Positions 17,354 through 27,698 of a DNA stretch of 64,000 bases are shown here, one piece after another. Position numbers and translations under genes: made by a program. This stretch comes from Gammaproteobacteria bacterium (GTDB lineage Bacteria > Pseudomonadota > Gammaproteobacteria > Enterobacterales > Psychrobiaceae). Every line of letters starts with the position of its first letter. Positions within the stretch are counted from its first letter, which is position 1. The DNA lies in assembly GCA_013214945.1 (NCBI GenBank), contig JABSRT010000009.1, positions 63,070-127,069 of the forward strand, in the 5' to 3' direction. The notes below the pieces were generated by a model. That model ran no database searches and had not been told where the DNA came from. It worked only from the letters and a program-made list of their open reading frames with translations.

Positions 17354-17929
17354 TTACTGAACCTGGATCTTGTCTAGCTGCCATACCATTCGGTCGTGAT
17401 AAACCGATTGTTTTAATTGTGGGTATTGATCCAATGGATAAATAACCCATAACGGCCCCTTGTGACGAATTTTCATCTGTTTTCCATTGCGTAGATAGGC
17501 AATCATGATTGGATAATCTTTGATTTCTTGGGCTGATATTTTTGCGCTAAAGTTATCAATCGCTAAGACTTTTATGCCAGCGTGACTATTTGTCACCCGT
17601 GCTAATAAATCCTTGAGCAATACCCCGGTAAAACTCTGAATACCGTCAGTCCAGGGCGTAGTTGTTAACAATTGATGTTGCGGTAATTGCTTTAACATCG
17701 CCAAATCAAAAGTGGCCTGCGACGAACCGTTACCACTTACTACATTGCTATGTACTACATTGCCGCTAACCGTTAACAATACTCGCTCGGTCGGCACTGG
17801 CAGCGTAGCGCCAACGGCAGGTTTAACCCCAACAAAAGACAAAAATGAAAACGTCGTAAAGAACGTTAGCGTATAAAATATACGAGAAAAACTATTGGGT
17901 AGTAACACCTGAAACAACTCCACTGACAA
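17354..17929 (-). CDS. Small periplasmic protein resembling the molybdopterin-oxidoreductase (sulfite oxidase/YedY) substrate domain
   Basis: TTTPWTDGIQSFTGVLLKDLL ... AIDNFSAKI ... IAYLRNGKQM..HKGPLWVIYP resembles the Oxidored_molyb fold. Hydrophobic signal-like N-terminus. Stop abuts the GGDEF-EAL ATG (TAAATG). The start codon is uncertain (TTG 17929 or a downstream GTG). Confidence 0.6.
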   Translation of the reverse strand: MSVELFQVLLPNSFSRIFYTLTFFTTFSFLSFVGVKPAVGATLPVPTERVLLTVSGNVVHSNVVSGNGSSQATFDLAMLKQLPQHQLLTTTPWTDGIQSFTGVLLKDLLARVTNSHAGIKVLAIDNFSAKISAQEIKDYPIMIAYLRNGKQMKIRHKGPLWVIYPLDQYPQLKQSVYHDRMVWQLDKIQVQ

Positions 17930-18032
17930 CGGGGCGCAAATTTTAGCAAAGAGTGGTTATACAAGAAACAGTAAAATGGCTGCAAACGGCCATTAACAGT
18001 GATTATATTGTCATATTGGTAAAAAAATCGCG

Positions 18033-19007
18033 TTAGCTGACTTTACGAGTGCTCGCTTCACTCTTTTTAGCGAAAATCACCAAAGCTATGCCACCTAACA
18101 CCAGCAGCGAGGAAATAACTAATCGTAACGAAAGCGCTTCCCCGGCGAAGATCACTCCGCCAATGGCCGCGATGATTGGCACCAATAATTGGATAACCGC
18201 GGCCTGTGTAATAGCTAGCCCACCTAATGCCACATACCACAACGCATAACCTAAACCAGAGGTTAAAGTACCCGAGATAACGGCCAGCAATACGCCGTTT
18301 ACCGACCAATACCCAGCAGGGTACAACCACAATAATAACAGCAAGACCAGCGGCGTAGTAAGGATAAAGTTATAACTGGTGTCAGCCAGCGGATTGCTAG
18401 ACCCTTTACCTAACAAGGTGTAAATAGCCCAACCAATGCCTGATATTGTCATCAACATAAAGCCAAGCAATGAAGGCGTCGCTAAACTGTCCGCCACCAA
18501 ATATATAAAACCAGCAAAGGCACAAACTAACCCAGCCCATTGGCCTAATTGCAGCTTTTGGCCGCTAAAAACACTAAATAAAATCATCGTGAGCTGAACC
18601 GCACCAAACAAAATTAGCGCCCCGGTTCCGGTATCTAAGGAAATATAACCATAAGAGAATGCCGTTGCATAAACAAATAACATTAACGCTGCTAACCAGC
18701 TACCCTTGCTCTTAGCACTACTGGTATGAGTACTGCTGGTATTAGTACTGATATTAGTGTCGACTCCAGTCTTCAATTGAGCCCTGTTACCACGGGTAAA
18801 AAGCAGTAACAGCGCCAACATTAAGCTGCCAGACAATAACCTTATAATGGTAAAGCTGGCGGCATCAATGGTGTTTTGCCCGAGTGCCAAGCGGCATAAA
18901 ATTGAGTTACCAGCAAAAGCGAGTAACGCTAAGCTCGCGCAAATTGGCACCTTATATTGCTCAGTGAATCGACTAATTTTGTGGTGACTAAAAATATTAT
19001 TATTCAT
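18033..19007 (-). CDS. EamA/DMT family transporter
   Basis: 10-TM profile with two EamA halves separated by a Ser/Thr-rich linker (TNISTNTSSTHTSSAKSKG). Confidence 0.8.
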   Translation of the reverse strand: MNNNIFSHHKISRFTEQYKVPICASLALLAFAGNSILCRLALGQNTIDAASFTIIRLLSGSLMLALLLLFTRGNRAQLKTGVDTNISTNTSSTHTSSAKSKGSWLAALMLFVYATAFSYGYISLDTGTGALILFGAVQLTMILFSVFSGQKLQLGQWAGLVCAFAGFIYLVADSLATPSLLGFMLMTISGIGWAIYTLLGKGSSNPLADTSYNFILTTPLVLLLLLWLYPAGYWSVNGVLLAVISGTLTSGLGYALWYVALGGLAITQAAVIQLLVPIIAAIGGVIFAGEALSLRLVISSLLVLGGIALVIFAKKSEASTRKVS

Positions 19008-19018
19008 GATGGGTCGCT

Positions 19019-20185
19019 TTAACTTAATCCTAAAATTACTTTTTCTGAGGTCAGCGACTTAGCCAGCAATGCAGTCATTAATCCGGCTAGTGCAAGCGTA
19101 ACCAAGCCTGTACTGATAAACGCCACTAAGCTAACTTCCTCACCTTTATATAACGACTCAATCAACAACTGTTGTCCAGCCAATGGCACATAGTCTAGCC
19201 ACTGAGGTTTATGCGGAATTAGTGCGATAGCCATCGCGACCAGCATTGGCAAGGTCAGTAACATCGACAAATACGATTGCGCTTCTTTAAAACTTTTAGC
19301 ACGATAAGCAAAAAACAACTGAAATATCCCCGCTAAATACGCCAATGGCAGGATCATAATCGCAATAATTAACATGGTTAGTGGGTTAGCCACCACCGAC
19401 ATCCCTATTTTTTCTAACGGCAATAGCGCCATGGTCAGTGTCATACTGATCATGGTTAAAATAGCCGCTAACGCGCCATAAACACTGACACAAATGACCT
19501 TGGACATCACGATTAAACTGGTCGGTACCGGCTGGCACAAAATTAACTCCAACGAATGGCGTTCACGTTCACCAGCGCTGGTATCTATCGATGCTGTCAT
19601 TGAGGCAGTAAATAATGACACCATGATAAAGGTCACTAAAATGCCCATAATATAACCGCTTTTAGATTCGCGGGTCGCAGTGTTTTGATTGTTGAGCGTT
19701 ATTGGATTAACAATGCGCGGGTCAATGCCTCGCATCAGCAAGCGATTATTGCCAATGTTGGCGCTGTAGCCAGCAATCGTGCTTCTGATCCGCCTTAACG
19801 GCTGCATCAGGTTTTTATGACTAAAATCAGCGTTTAAGATCAAGGAGATGCCTGTCCCCTGTGCTAATTTGTCACTAAAATCAGTTGGGATCGTTAATTT
19901 AATTGGCATGTTTTGCCATTTTTCTCGCTGATCTTTTGGCATATCAGCACGCGCTAATATCTTTTTGTTCGCCAAATAATCGACTAAAACAGGTGCATGT
20001 TCGCTGCCATTAAACTCGACATAAATTGGCTCAACTTCTGTTACTTGCTCAATTTGAAACAGCATAAGTCCCGCCATTAAAATGGGCCCCATCACAATCA
20101 TAAACAAGCCAGCAAAAATTGCCCGTCGATCGCGAAACGCTTCACGAAATTCTTTCAGTAACAGCCCATTAAATATCGCAATCAT
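19019..20185 (-). CDS. ABC-2 type permease (NatB-like)
   Basis: N-terminal TM, large extracytoplasmic loop, then a 5-TM C-terminal bundle. ATGA overlap with the upstream ATPase gene. Confidence 0.75.
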   Translation of the reverse strand: MIAIFNGLLLKEFREAFRDRRAIFAGLFMIVMGPILMAGLMLFQIEQVTEVEPIYVEFNGSEHAPVLVDYLANKKILARADMPKDQREKWQNMPIKLTIPTDFSDKLAQGTGISLILNADFSHKNLMQPLRRIRSTIAGYSANIGNNRLLMRGIDPRIVNPITLNNQNTATRESKSGYIMGILVTFIMVSLFTASMTASIDTSAGERERHSLELILCQPVPTSLIVMSKVICVSVYGALAAILTMISMTLTMALLPLEKIGMSVVANPLTMLIIAIMILPLAYLAGIFQLFFAYRAKSFKEAQSYLSMLLTLPMLVAMAIALIPHKPQWLDYVPLAGQQLLIESLYKGEEVSLVAFISTGLVTLALAGLMTALLAKSLTSEKVILGLS

Positions 20186-20916
20186 GCCTCGATCCCTTCG
20201 TCACTACCAATAATGGCCACAAAAGCCTCTTCTAAATTATCTTTTCCCGCCAGTTCGCACAGTTGCTGCGGCGATCCTTGGGCCACCACCTTGCCTTGAG
20301 CCATTACAATGACCCGATCGCACAACGCCGAAACTTCTTGCATCACATGACTGGAGAATAAGATGCAATGACCTTGTGCTTTAAGCTGCAATAAGTGCTG
20401 ACGCAGAATGCGGGTGCTCATAACATCTAAGCCACGAGTTGGCTCGTCTAACACTAAGTTTTGCGGTCGATGAACCAAGGCTTGTGCCAACGTCACTTTC
20501 ATGCGCTGACCTTGCGAAAAACCTTCGGTACGCCGATCGGCAAAATCGCTCATATCTAGATCTTTAATTACCCGATCCAATGCTGCTTGTCGCACTGCGC
20601 CCGTTAAACCATGTAGAGTCGCAAAGTACTCAATTTGCTCACGCGCGGTGAGTCGCTCGCTTAAACCAAATTGATCGGGGAAAATCCCCAACGATTGGCG
20701 CGCCTTAATCGGGGCTTGATGCACATCGATGCCGTCAATAGTCGCGCTGCCATGTGCTGGTTTTAACAAACCATAAAGGATCCGCAGGCAGGTCGTTTTC
20801 CCTGCACCATTTGGCCCGAGCAAACCAGTGATTTCACCATTATTTGCACTAAAAGAGACCGAATCTACGGCCTTAAAATCACCAAAGGTTTTTGAAATGT
20901 TTGTTACTTCTAGCAT
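20182..20916 (-). CDS. ABC transporter ATP-binding protein (NatA-like)
   Basis: Walker A GPNGAGKTT, signature FSQGQRMKV, Walker B LVLDEPTRGLD. Confidence 0.9.
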   Translation of the reverse strand: MLEVTNISKTFGDFKAVDSVSFSANNGEITGLLGPNGAGKTTCLRILYGLLKPAHGSATIDGIDVHQAPIKARQSLGIFPDQFGLSERLTAREQIEYFATLHGLTGAVRQAALDRVIKDLDMSDFADRRTEGFSQGQRMKVTLAQALVHRPQNLVLDEPTRGLDVMSTRILRQHLLQLKAQGHCILFSSHVMQEVSALCDRVIVMAQGKVVAQGSPQQLCELAGKDNLEEAFVAIIGSDEGIEA

Positions 20917-20924
20917 GTTATAAG

Positions 20925-22376
20925 CTACCTATTACCATTGATATTGAGCCAGTACTTAACCTGAGGCTGTTGATTTAAACAAGCGGCATCAATATCGGTA
21001 AATGAGCTGTGCTGTAAAAATTGACTGATCATGGTTGCGGCGCAGGTTTGAGTAATCAAGCCATGCCCCGCTTGTTTAGCGACATAATGTTTGGCGTTGC
21101 TTAAGCCATTAGCGGCGAGTTGCCCCCAGGCAGGTGGAGTAATAGGGTCTAGTTCACCCGACAATAACAGGGTTGGAATAGCCGAACGCACCGGCGCAGC
21201 AAAATTGCTCGGCGGGCTAAACTTAGGCCAAGCCTGACAAACTTCGCGCACACTGCGAAATAATTTATCGCCAGTAAAGCTATTGTTACGTTCCAGTGCA
21301 AGCTGCTGCTCGGTAACCCGTGGCATGTCTTCATTACACAAGATATTAAAATTAAGCCCAGTGTAAATTCCAGCACCGGTTTGCTCAGTTTGAGACAGCG
21401 CGCCAACAAACGGCCGGTAGTTACCTTGAGCAAACTGACTAATAATAAAAGGTAATTGCTCGGTAGTCGCCCGATTATAGAGTTGCGAATGGATCACGCT
21501 AATGAATTTAAGTTCATCCACTTTAAGCAGGGTTGGCTGCGCCGTGACCGGATGAAAAACCTGAGTTGTTAATGGCTCAGCTGCAAGCATCTGTTTAATT
21601 TTTTGGAAGTCGGCGGCTAAATCAGGATAGGCCTTTTGGCAGTCAGTTAATGCAGCGCATTGGCTCAACAACAAGTCAAATGCGCGCGCGGCCTGAACCC
21701 CAACGGGGCCAACCACGGCCTGCGTTGGTACCACAGCGTCTAGAATAACACTGCGTAATACCTGTGGTCTTTCCCGCATATAAACCAGCGCGGCACGCGA
21801 GCCATAGGAAATACCGTATAAATTAATCTGCTGATAACCCAGCGCCTGACGCACAGCGTCAAAATCGAGCACCGCGTTATTGGTATGATATTGCGCTAAA
21901 TCAACGGTAAAGTTGTTGGCGCAATCTAATACTTGCGCCACCACGTTCTCGCTCGCAATATCGGCATAAACATCGCCGTTATCGTCGTCACAGCTCAGTG
22001 GGCTTGACTTGCCAGTGCCGCGTTGGTCAATAATCACCAACTCACGACTTTGACGCACTCGATGAAATGCTCGGCTTAACATGGGGGCTAACTCGACCCC
22101 TGCTTGACCCGGACCACCGACCAGTACAAATAAAGGATCGGGCTCGGCATTTGCTGCAATCGCCGGAATAACCACAAAATTGAGTGAAATTTTACGAGAG
22201 TCAGCTTGTTGCCAATTTTCAGGCACGCTTAATGAACCACATTTAACCTCTAATGCTAGCTCATCAATAAAACAAGGCGTTAAGCTCAGCGACTGTGCCT
22301 GCGCTGCAGAACTAGCCAGTGATAGCAGCCCCAAAAGCACCAAGCTGGTGTGTCGAAGTACATTGGAGAAATACAA
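20925..22376 (-). CDS. Secreted alpha/beta hydrolase, tripeptidyl-aminopeptidase (TAP)-like
   Basis: Signal peptide (..SSAAQA/QS), GISYGS nucleophile elbow, C-terminal GHG. It is the first gene of the operon with the ABC-2 exporter. Confidence 0.7.
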   Translation of the reverse strand: MYFSNVLRHTSLVLLGLLSLASSAAQAQSLSLTPCFIDELALEVKCGSLSVPENWQQADSRKISLNFVVIPAIAANAEPDPLFVLVGGPGQAGVELAPMLSRAFHRVRQSRELVIIDQRGTGKSSPLSCDDDNGDVYADIASENVVAQVLDCANNFTVDLAQYHTNNAVLDFDAVRQALGYQQINLYGISYGSRAALVYMRERPQVLRSVILDAVVPTQAVVGPVGVQAARAFDLLLSQCAALTDCQKAYPDLAADFQKIKQMLAAEPLTTQVFHPVTAQPTLLKVDELKFISVIHSQLYNRATTEQLPFIISQFAQGNYRPFVGALSQTEQTGAGIYTGLNFNILCNEDMPRVTEQQLALERNNSFTGDKLFRSVREVCQAWPKFSPPSNFAAPVRSAIPTLLLSGELDPITPPAWGQLAANGLSNAKHYVAKQAGHGLITQTCAATMISQFLQHSSFTDIDAACLNQQPQVKYWLNINGNR

Positions 22377-22549
22377 TAGTGAGTCCTTGTTAAGGTTAAA
22401 TCGATAAATTTTAACAAATAAACTGCAGACAAGGTAACAACAATTCGTACAAATTTATTGCTAAGCCCCTTTTAAAACGGCAAGAATTAACTTATCTTTA
22501 ACAAGCTGGTAGTTTCCAGTCTTACTTTAAACAATACAGGAACAGATAG

Positions 22550-22759
22550 ATGTCTGATGTAATCAATGGCAAGGTAAAATTCTTTAATAACGCAAAAGGC
22601 TTTGGCTTTATCGAGCAAGACAATGGCCCGGACGTATTTGTACATTTTAGCGCAATAAAGGATGAGGGATTTAAGACGCTTACCGATGGACAAGCCGTTA
22701 ACTACACCCTAACCGAAGGCCCAAAGGGGCTGCAAGCTGAGAATGTAGTCGGACTTTAA
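22550..22759 (+). CDS. CspA-family cold-shock protein
   Basis: [15 protein letters not shown] (RNP1) and VFVHFSAI (RNP2); 69 aa. Confidence 0.95.
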   Translation: MSDVINGKVKFFNNAKGFGFIEQDNGPDVFVHFSAIKDEGFKTLTDGQAVNYTLTEGPKGLQAENVVGL

Positions 22760-22774
22760 TAACGACTGCTAGCT

Positions 22775-22820
22775 GCAGTGTTCCATCAAAGGCCAAACTC
22801 TTGGCCCTATAGAACACTGC
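22775..22820. terminator. Hairpin between the convergent csp and thrC genes (outer stem GCAGTGTTC/GAACACTGC, inner GGCCAA/TTGGCC)
   Basis: Read directly. No long U-tract, so its intrinsic-terminator function is uncertain. Confidence 0.45.
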
Positions 22821-22836
22821 TTATTATCCTAACAAT

Positions 22837-24114
22837 CTAGATCGCCATTAACTTTTGACGTAACTGAGAAAAATCAGCATCAATTTCTTGTGATAAAATT
22901 TCTTTATCAGCAACATCAGCCAGCGGCTGTGGCAAAGTCAGTTTTATTGACAAAATGTCTTCAACCGACTCTTGGAACTTCGCCGGATGAGCGGTACATA
23001 AGAAGATACCGGTTTCATCATCGCCTAACGCATCATTTAACGCGTAAGCTGCAATTGCACCATGTGGCTCACATAAGTAACCTTGCGCGTGCAGGCTCTT
23101 AAGCCCTTCACTCATTTGATCTTCGCTAACTTTAACCCCAGCGATTAATGACTTGTCCCAACCTTGGCTTTTAACCAATTGTTCAACGCGTGGCCAGTTG
23201 TTTGGCGCCGACACATCCATTGCATTTGAACGCGTTGCTATAGTAGGTTTTGGTTGCCACTCGCCCGTTGTTAAGTAACGAGGCACCGTGTCATTTTCGT
23301 TGGTTGCAGCAATAAAGCGCTTAACCGGTAGGCCCATCGCTTTAGCAAACAAACCAGCGGTTAAGTCACCAAAGTTACCACTTGGCACACTGATCACAAT
23401 GTTGTCACGCTTATCTGCAGGTACTTTTGCAACCGCTTCAAAGTAATAACAAATTTGTGCTAGTAATCGCGAAATGTTAATTGAGTTAGCGGAGTTAAGC
23501 GCAATAGCTTCGCGTAGTTCAAGATCGTCAAACGAGTCTTTAACTAACTGCTGACAATCGTCAAAGCTGCCGTTAACCGCGTAGGTATGAATATTTTCAC
23601 CTAGAGTACAGAACAGTTTTTCCTGCAGCACACTGATTCGGCCTTTCGGGTACAAGACAGCAACATCGATGTTAGCAAGGCCAAAGAAGGCATGTGCCAC
23701 AGCCGCGCCAGTATCACCAGACGTAGCAGTTAAGATGGTTGCTTTACTGTCTTTACATAACAGATTTAAACACTGCGCCATAAAACGCGCGCCAAAATCT
23801 TTAAACGCTAAGGTTGGACCGTGAGTTAGTTCAAGCGCATAAGTTTGCTCATTAACAGCAGTAACCGCTAACGGGAAGTTAAATGCATTACGCACCATAG
23901 TTTCAACTTGCTCATGACCTAGCTCTTCGCCTAACCAAGCATCAAGGATGGTAACGCTACGGCTAACAAAATCTTGTTCTAAAACAGCATCAATGTCGTT
24001 AAGTACCGGCACCTGCGTTGGAAAAAATAAGCCCTGATTATCACCCAAGCCTAATTTTACAGCTTGAGAAAAACTTACACGTTGTTGTTCTTTCTTTAGG
24101 TTATACAGTTCCAC
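22837..24114 (-). CDS. thrC: Threonine synthase
   Basis: The N-terminus from GTG 24114 (VELYNLKKEQQRVSFSQAVKLGLG) aligns with E. coli ThrC MKLYNLKDHNEQVSFAQAV. A GGGAGG SD lies 6 nt upstream. PLP-Lys region FKDFG. Confidence 0.9.
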   Translation of the reverse strand: MELYNLKKEQQRVSFSQAVKLGLGDNQGLFFPTQVPVLNDIDAVLEQDFVSRSVTILDAWLGEELGHEQVETMVRNAFNFPLAVTAVNEQTYALELTHGPTLAFKDFGARFMAQCLNLLCKDSKATILTATSGDTGAAVAHAFFGLANIDVAVLYPKGRISVLQEKLFCTLGENIHTYAVNGSFDDCQQLVKDSFDDLELREAIALNSANSINISRLLAQICYYFEAVAKVPADKRDNIVISVPSGNFGDLTAGLFAKAMGLPVKRFIAATNENDTVPRYLTTGEWQPKPTIATRSNAMDVSAPNNWPRVEQLVKSQGWDKSLIAGVKVSEDQMSEGLKSLHAQGYLCEPHGAIAAYALNDALGDDETGIFLCTAHPAKFQESVEDILSIKLTLPQPLADVADKEILSQEIDADFSQLRQKLMAI

Positions 24115-25063
24115 GTAACGCCTCCCTACGGGTACCTTGAGTATCAAGTTTACAGATGTGGCTAAAGCCTTCGTCTGAGATTAAATAGTGTTGTTTTAAA
24201 TAGTTTTCTAATTGCTGTGCTTTGGCTAAATCGTCGGTCACTGCAAACAGGGTTGGACCACTGCCACTAATGCCGCTAGCCATTGCGCCAAGCTCTAACA
24301 TCGCTTTTTTAGCCGCTGTAAAACCTGGAATAATCGCGCCACGTACGGGTTCTGCAATCACGTCAACTAAGACTTGCGCCGCTAGCTTTTGATCGCCTTG
24401 GTGGCTGGCATTAACAAAGGTCGCTAAATTTTGACCAAAACGTAATGCCGTTTTTAATGGCACCTCGGTTGGCATAATTTTGCGCGACTCAGCGGTCGAT
24501 ACGCTAGCCCCAGAATAAGCGACCACCCAATACCATGAGTCGAAGCTTGGAATTTCAGTGCAAATTTGGCCGGGTTGATCGATCATCAGTTGCAGGCCGC
24601 CTAAATAACTTGGCGCGACATTATCATAATGAACGCTGCCGCTAATTTGACCTTCTAACTGCCCCATCAATACTAACAGTTCATGACGAGATAACGCATT
24701 ATTATAATGCTCATTTAAGGCATACAAGGCGGCAACCACTGACGCCGCACTTGAACCTAAACCACTACCCACTGGCAACAGCTTTTCTAGTACTAGCTTA
24801 AGCCCTAAATGGGCAATGCCTTTGCTAGTTAGCTGTGCCTGATAAGCCACTGCGCAATCATAAACAATATTAAGTTTTGGATCGCTCGGTAGCTTATGAG
24901 CAAAAGGGCCAACCGTCGAAACGTCAAGTCCCGACGGTTGCTCACTAATGCTAACGCAGTCACCGAGTAACGTGCCATCGATCGGCGCTAATGCGCCGCC
25001 CAATACATCGTAACCGACACTAACATTACCCATTGATGCCGGTGAAAATACGCGAATAGTCAT
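24101..25063 (-). CDS. thrB: Homoserine kinase
   Basis: GHMP kinase motif PVGSGLGSSAAS; sits between thrA and thrC. Confidence 0.9.
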   Translation of the reverse strand: MTIRVFSPASMGNVSVGYDVLGGALAPIDGTLLGDCVSISEQPSGLDVSTVGPFAHKLPSDPKLNIVYDCAVAYQAQLTSKGIAHLGLKLVLEKLLPVGSGLGSSAASVVAALYALNEHYNNALSRHELLVLMGQLEGQISGSVHYDNVAPSYLGGLQLMIDQPGQICTEIPSFDSWYWVVAYSGASVSTAESRKIMPTEVPLKTALRFGQNLATFVNASHQGDQKLAAQVLVDVIAEPVRGAIIPGFTAAKKAMLELGAMASGISGSGPTLFAVTDDLAKAQQLENYLKQHYLISDEGFSHICKLDTQGTRREALRGTV

Positions 25064-27535
25064 TTAAACCTCACGCTGCCATGCCAGTGTTCTTAGCATA
25101 TCAGCAAAGATCCCGGCGGCGGTTACTGCATTACCAGCACCGTAACCACGTAATACGAATGGCAGTGGCTGATAATAACGGCTGTAGAAGGCTAAGGCAT
25201 TTTCGCCACCTTTAACACTGTGCAATGGATCGCTGCTGTCTACCGCGCGAATTTCAACTTTACATTTTTTGTCGTCACCCTCGCCTTCAATCAAACCGAT
25301 GTAACGTAATACTTTGCCTTCAGTTGCTGCTTTATCAATACGGGCAGCAATCTCAGCATCGGCTTGGGGTAAACGCGCCATAAACTCTTCAACCGTGCCA
25401 GAGTCATCAAAGTTAGCAGGTAAAACCGACTCAACCTCAATGTCTTCAAGTTCTAATTCAAGACCTGATTCACGGGCTAAGATAAGCACCTTACGCGCCA
25501 CATCCATGCCGCTAAGATCGTCACGCGGGTCAGGTTCAGTAAAGCACTTGTCTTTAGCAATGCCGGTGGCTTGTGACAAGCTCATGCCGTCGTCCAACAT
25601 ACCAAAGATAAAGGATAATGAACCCGATAATACGCCACTAAACGAGCGTAATTCATCACCGGCGCTTAATAGGTTTTGCAGGTTGTCGATAACTGGCAAA
25701 CCAGCACCAACATTAGTTTCGTATAAGAAGCGACGGCGCTTAACTAAGGCCGCTTTGCGCAGCGCATTATAATATTGCTGACTACTAGTATTGGCTTTCT
25801 TGTTTGGTGTAACAACATGAAAACCCGCTTCTAACAACGACACATATTGCTCAGCAATTTGCTGGCTACTAGTACAGTCAACCACGAGCGGATTGAGTAG
25901 GTGGTTTTCTTTTGCGAAAGAGATCAGGCGATTAACATCGTAACCGCTATCTGTGGCCGTTAACTGCTCTTGCCATTCGCTAATCGCGATGCCTTCAGCG
26001 TTTAACACCATATGACGTGAGTTAGCCAAACCGCACACTCTGATCGCCGTATTATTTTTGGCAAGATACTCTTGCTGGCTGTCTATCTGCTTTAACAATT
26101 CTTGGCCTACATTGCCACAGCCGATTAAGAATAAGTCAATGTATTGCAATGAATTAAAGAAACGTTGGTGACAGGCTTTAATGGCACGGCCACATCGGTG
26201 TTGGTCAATCACGGTTGAAATTGAACGCTCTGATGACCCCTGAGCAATTGCCACCACATTAACCCGTGCTTGTGATAGCGCTTGGAAAAACTTCGCCGCC
26301 ACGCCCTGCACTGTTTTCATTCGATCGCCAATCAATGACACGATGGCCAACTGATGACGAATTTCTAACGGTTCAAGCAAGTCGCTGCGCAGTTCTAATT
26401 CGAACTCAGCTTCTAGTGCACGTCGCGCCACTAATTGATCTTCTGATGGCACACAAAAGCTTATGCTGTATTCAGACGACGACTGTGTAATTAAACTCAC
26501 CGAAACACCAGCGAGTGAAATCACTTCGAAAATTCGGCTCGCCATACCAACCATGCCTTTCATGCCAGGGCCAGACACACTGATCATTGAGACGTCGTCA
26601 AGATTAGAAATTGCTTTAACCTGATTTTCTTCATCACTACGATCTGAACTAACCAACGAACCAGGTGCAGCAGGGTTGAAAGTGTTTTTGATTAAACACG
26701 GAATATGATACTGAGCAATCGGTGCGACCGTTTTAGGATGCAATACCTTAGCGCCAAAGTACGACAATTCCATCGCTTCTTGGTAGCTTAATTTTTCAAT
26801 CAGCTGTGCGTCTTTAACCAAACGTGGATCGGCGTTGTAAACACCGTCGACATCGGTCCAAATTTCGCAACAATCTGCGCGTAAACAAGCCGCTAGGCAA
26901 GCCGCAGAATAATCAGAACCGTTACGGCCTAAGGTTACAATTTCTAGTTGGTCGTTGACCGCAGTAAAACCAGGCATTAACCAAACTCGAGCGCCAGATA
27001 AGTCTTTCGCTTCAAGGATACCGCGTGATTTTTCAATTTGAACCTGTGCTTCAAGGTAGTTACTGTCGGCAACCATAAACTCTTGCGGGTTTAATATGCC
27101 AACATTGACGCCACGAACCCGTAATAATTCGCTCATGATCGCAATGCTTAAGCGCTCGCCAATCACCAATAATTGCGCGCGAATATTGTCTGGACACTGC
27201 GACAACAAACGCACGCCGTGTAACATCCGGTTTAAGAACTCACTTTCTTTATTCCAGACCGCATTAAGGGTTTTTAACTCAAAGTTGGTGTATTTCTCAG
27301 CTAGGGCGTCAACAATGCCGCGGAACCTTTGTTCGATCAGCACAATTGCGTCGTGAGCATCGCGCCCTTTACAATTAAGATCTACCGCTTCAACCAAGTT
27401 GTTGGTTGTTTTTCCCGGCGCTGACAATACTACTGCCAATTGATCTTGAGCACAGCGCTCAACCAAAATGTTGGCTACGCGCTCGATTGTCTCAACATTG
27501 GCTAACGAAGAGCCACCAAACTTCATTACTCGCAT
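25064..27535 (-). CDS. thrA: Bifunctional aspartokinase I / homoserine dehydrogenase I
   Basis: [10 protein letters not shown] start (compare E. coli MRVLKFGGTS), ACT domains, C-terminal HSDH. ATG 27535, with TTG 27538 one codon upstream. Confidence 0.95.
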   Translation of the reverse strand: MRVMKFGGSSLANVETIERVANILVERCAQDQLAVVLSAPGKTTNNLVEAVDLNCKGRDAHDAIVLIEQRFRGIVDALAEKYTNFELKTLNAVWNKESEFLNRMLHGVRLLSQCPDNIRAQLLVIGERLSIAIMSELLRVRGVNVGILNPQEFMVADSNYLEAQVQIEKSRGILEAKDLSGARVWLMPGFTAVNDQLEIVTLGRNGSDYSAACLAACLRADCCEIWTDVDGVYNADPRLVKDAQLIEKLSYQEAMELSYFGAKVLHPKTVAPIAQYHIPCLIKNTFNPAAPGSLVSSDRSDEENQVKAISNLDDVSMISVSGPGMKGMVGMASRIFEVISLAGVSVSLITQSSSEYSISFCVPSEDQLVARRALEAEFELELRSDLLEPLEIRHQLAIVSLIGDRMKTVQGVAAKFFQALSQARVNVVAIAQGSSERSISTVIDQHRCGRAIKACHQRFFNSLQYIDLFLIGCGNVGQELLKQIDSQQEYLAKNNTAIRVCGLANSRHMVLNAEGIAISEWQEQLTATDSGYDVNRLISFAKENHLLNPLVVDCTSSQQIAEQYVSLLEAGFHVVTPNKKANTSSQQYYNALRKAALVKRRRFLYETNVGAGLPVIDNLQNLLSAGDELRSFSGVLSGSLSFIFGMLDDGMSLSQATGIAKDKCFTEPDPRDDLSGMDVARKVLILARESGLELELEDIEVESVLPANFDDSGTVEEFMARLPQADAEIAARIDKAATEGKVLRYIGLIEGEGDDKKCKVEIRAVDSSDPLHSVKGGENALAFYSRYYQPLPFVLRGYGAGNAVTAAGIFADMLRTLAWQREV

Positions 27536-27571
27536 CAATCTGTCCCCTGTTTTTCACAGTATTTGTGATAT

Positions 27572-27604
27572 AAAAAAACCCGCGTCGGTTAGGGCGCGGG
27601 TTTT
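27572..27604 (-). terminator. thr operon attenuator (Rho-independent hairpin CCCGCGCCC..GACGCGGG followed by T7)
   Basis: Minus strand reads AAAACCCGCGCCCTAACCGACGCGGGTTTTTTTAT, between thrL and thrA. Confidence 0.8.
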
Positions 27605-27632
27605 GCAGTTGTTTTTGTTAAAACGCAACACC

Positions 27633-27698
27633 CTAGCCGCCGGTAATAATCCCGGTGGTAATGGTGATAATAATGGTAGTAAGACAAGAGTTAGTCAT
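27633..27698 (-). CDS. thrL: thr operon leader peptide MTNSCLTTIIITITTGIITGG (21 aa)
   Basis: 12 of 21 codons are Thr/Ile; followed by the attenuator hairpin and thrA. Confidence 0.8.
   Translation of the reverse strand: MTNSCLTTIIITITTGIITGG

Noticed and set aside
18700-18770. Imperfect AGTACT-containing repeats inside the EamA gene (encoding TNISTNTSSTHTSS)
   Set aside because: It is an in-frame low-complexity linker between the two EamA halves. There is no evidence of a separate element or of phase-variable length.
22487-22693. 68-aa ORF antisense to the cold-shock gene
   Set aside because: It overlaps a highly conserved csp CDS and its 5' UTR, and it has no independent signals.
24115-24147. 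ATG 24147 as the thrC start (longest ORF)
   Set aside because: It would add 11 residues absent from ThrC homologues and overlap thrB by 47 nt. GTG 24114 has a GGGAGG SD and aligns with the E. coli N-terminus.
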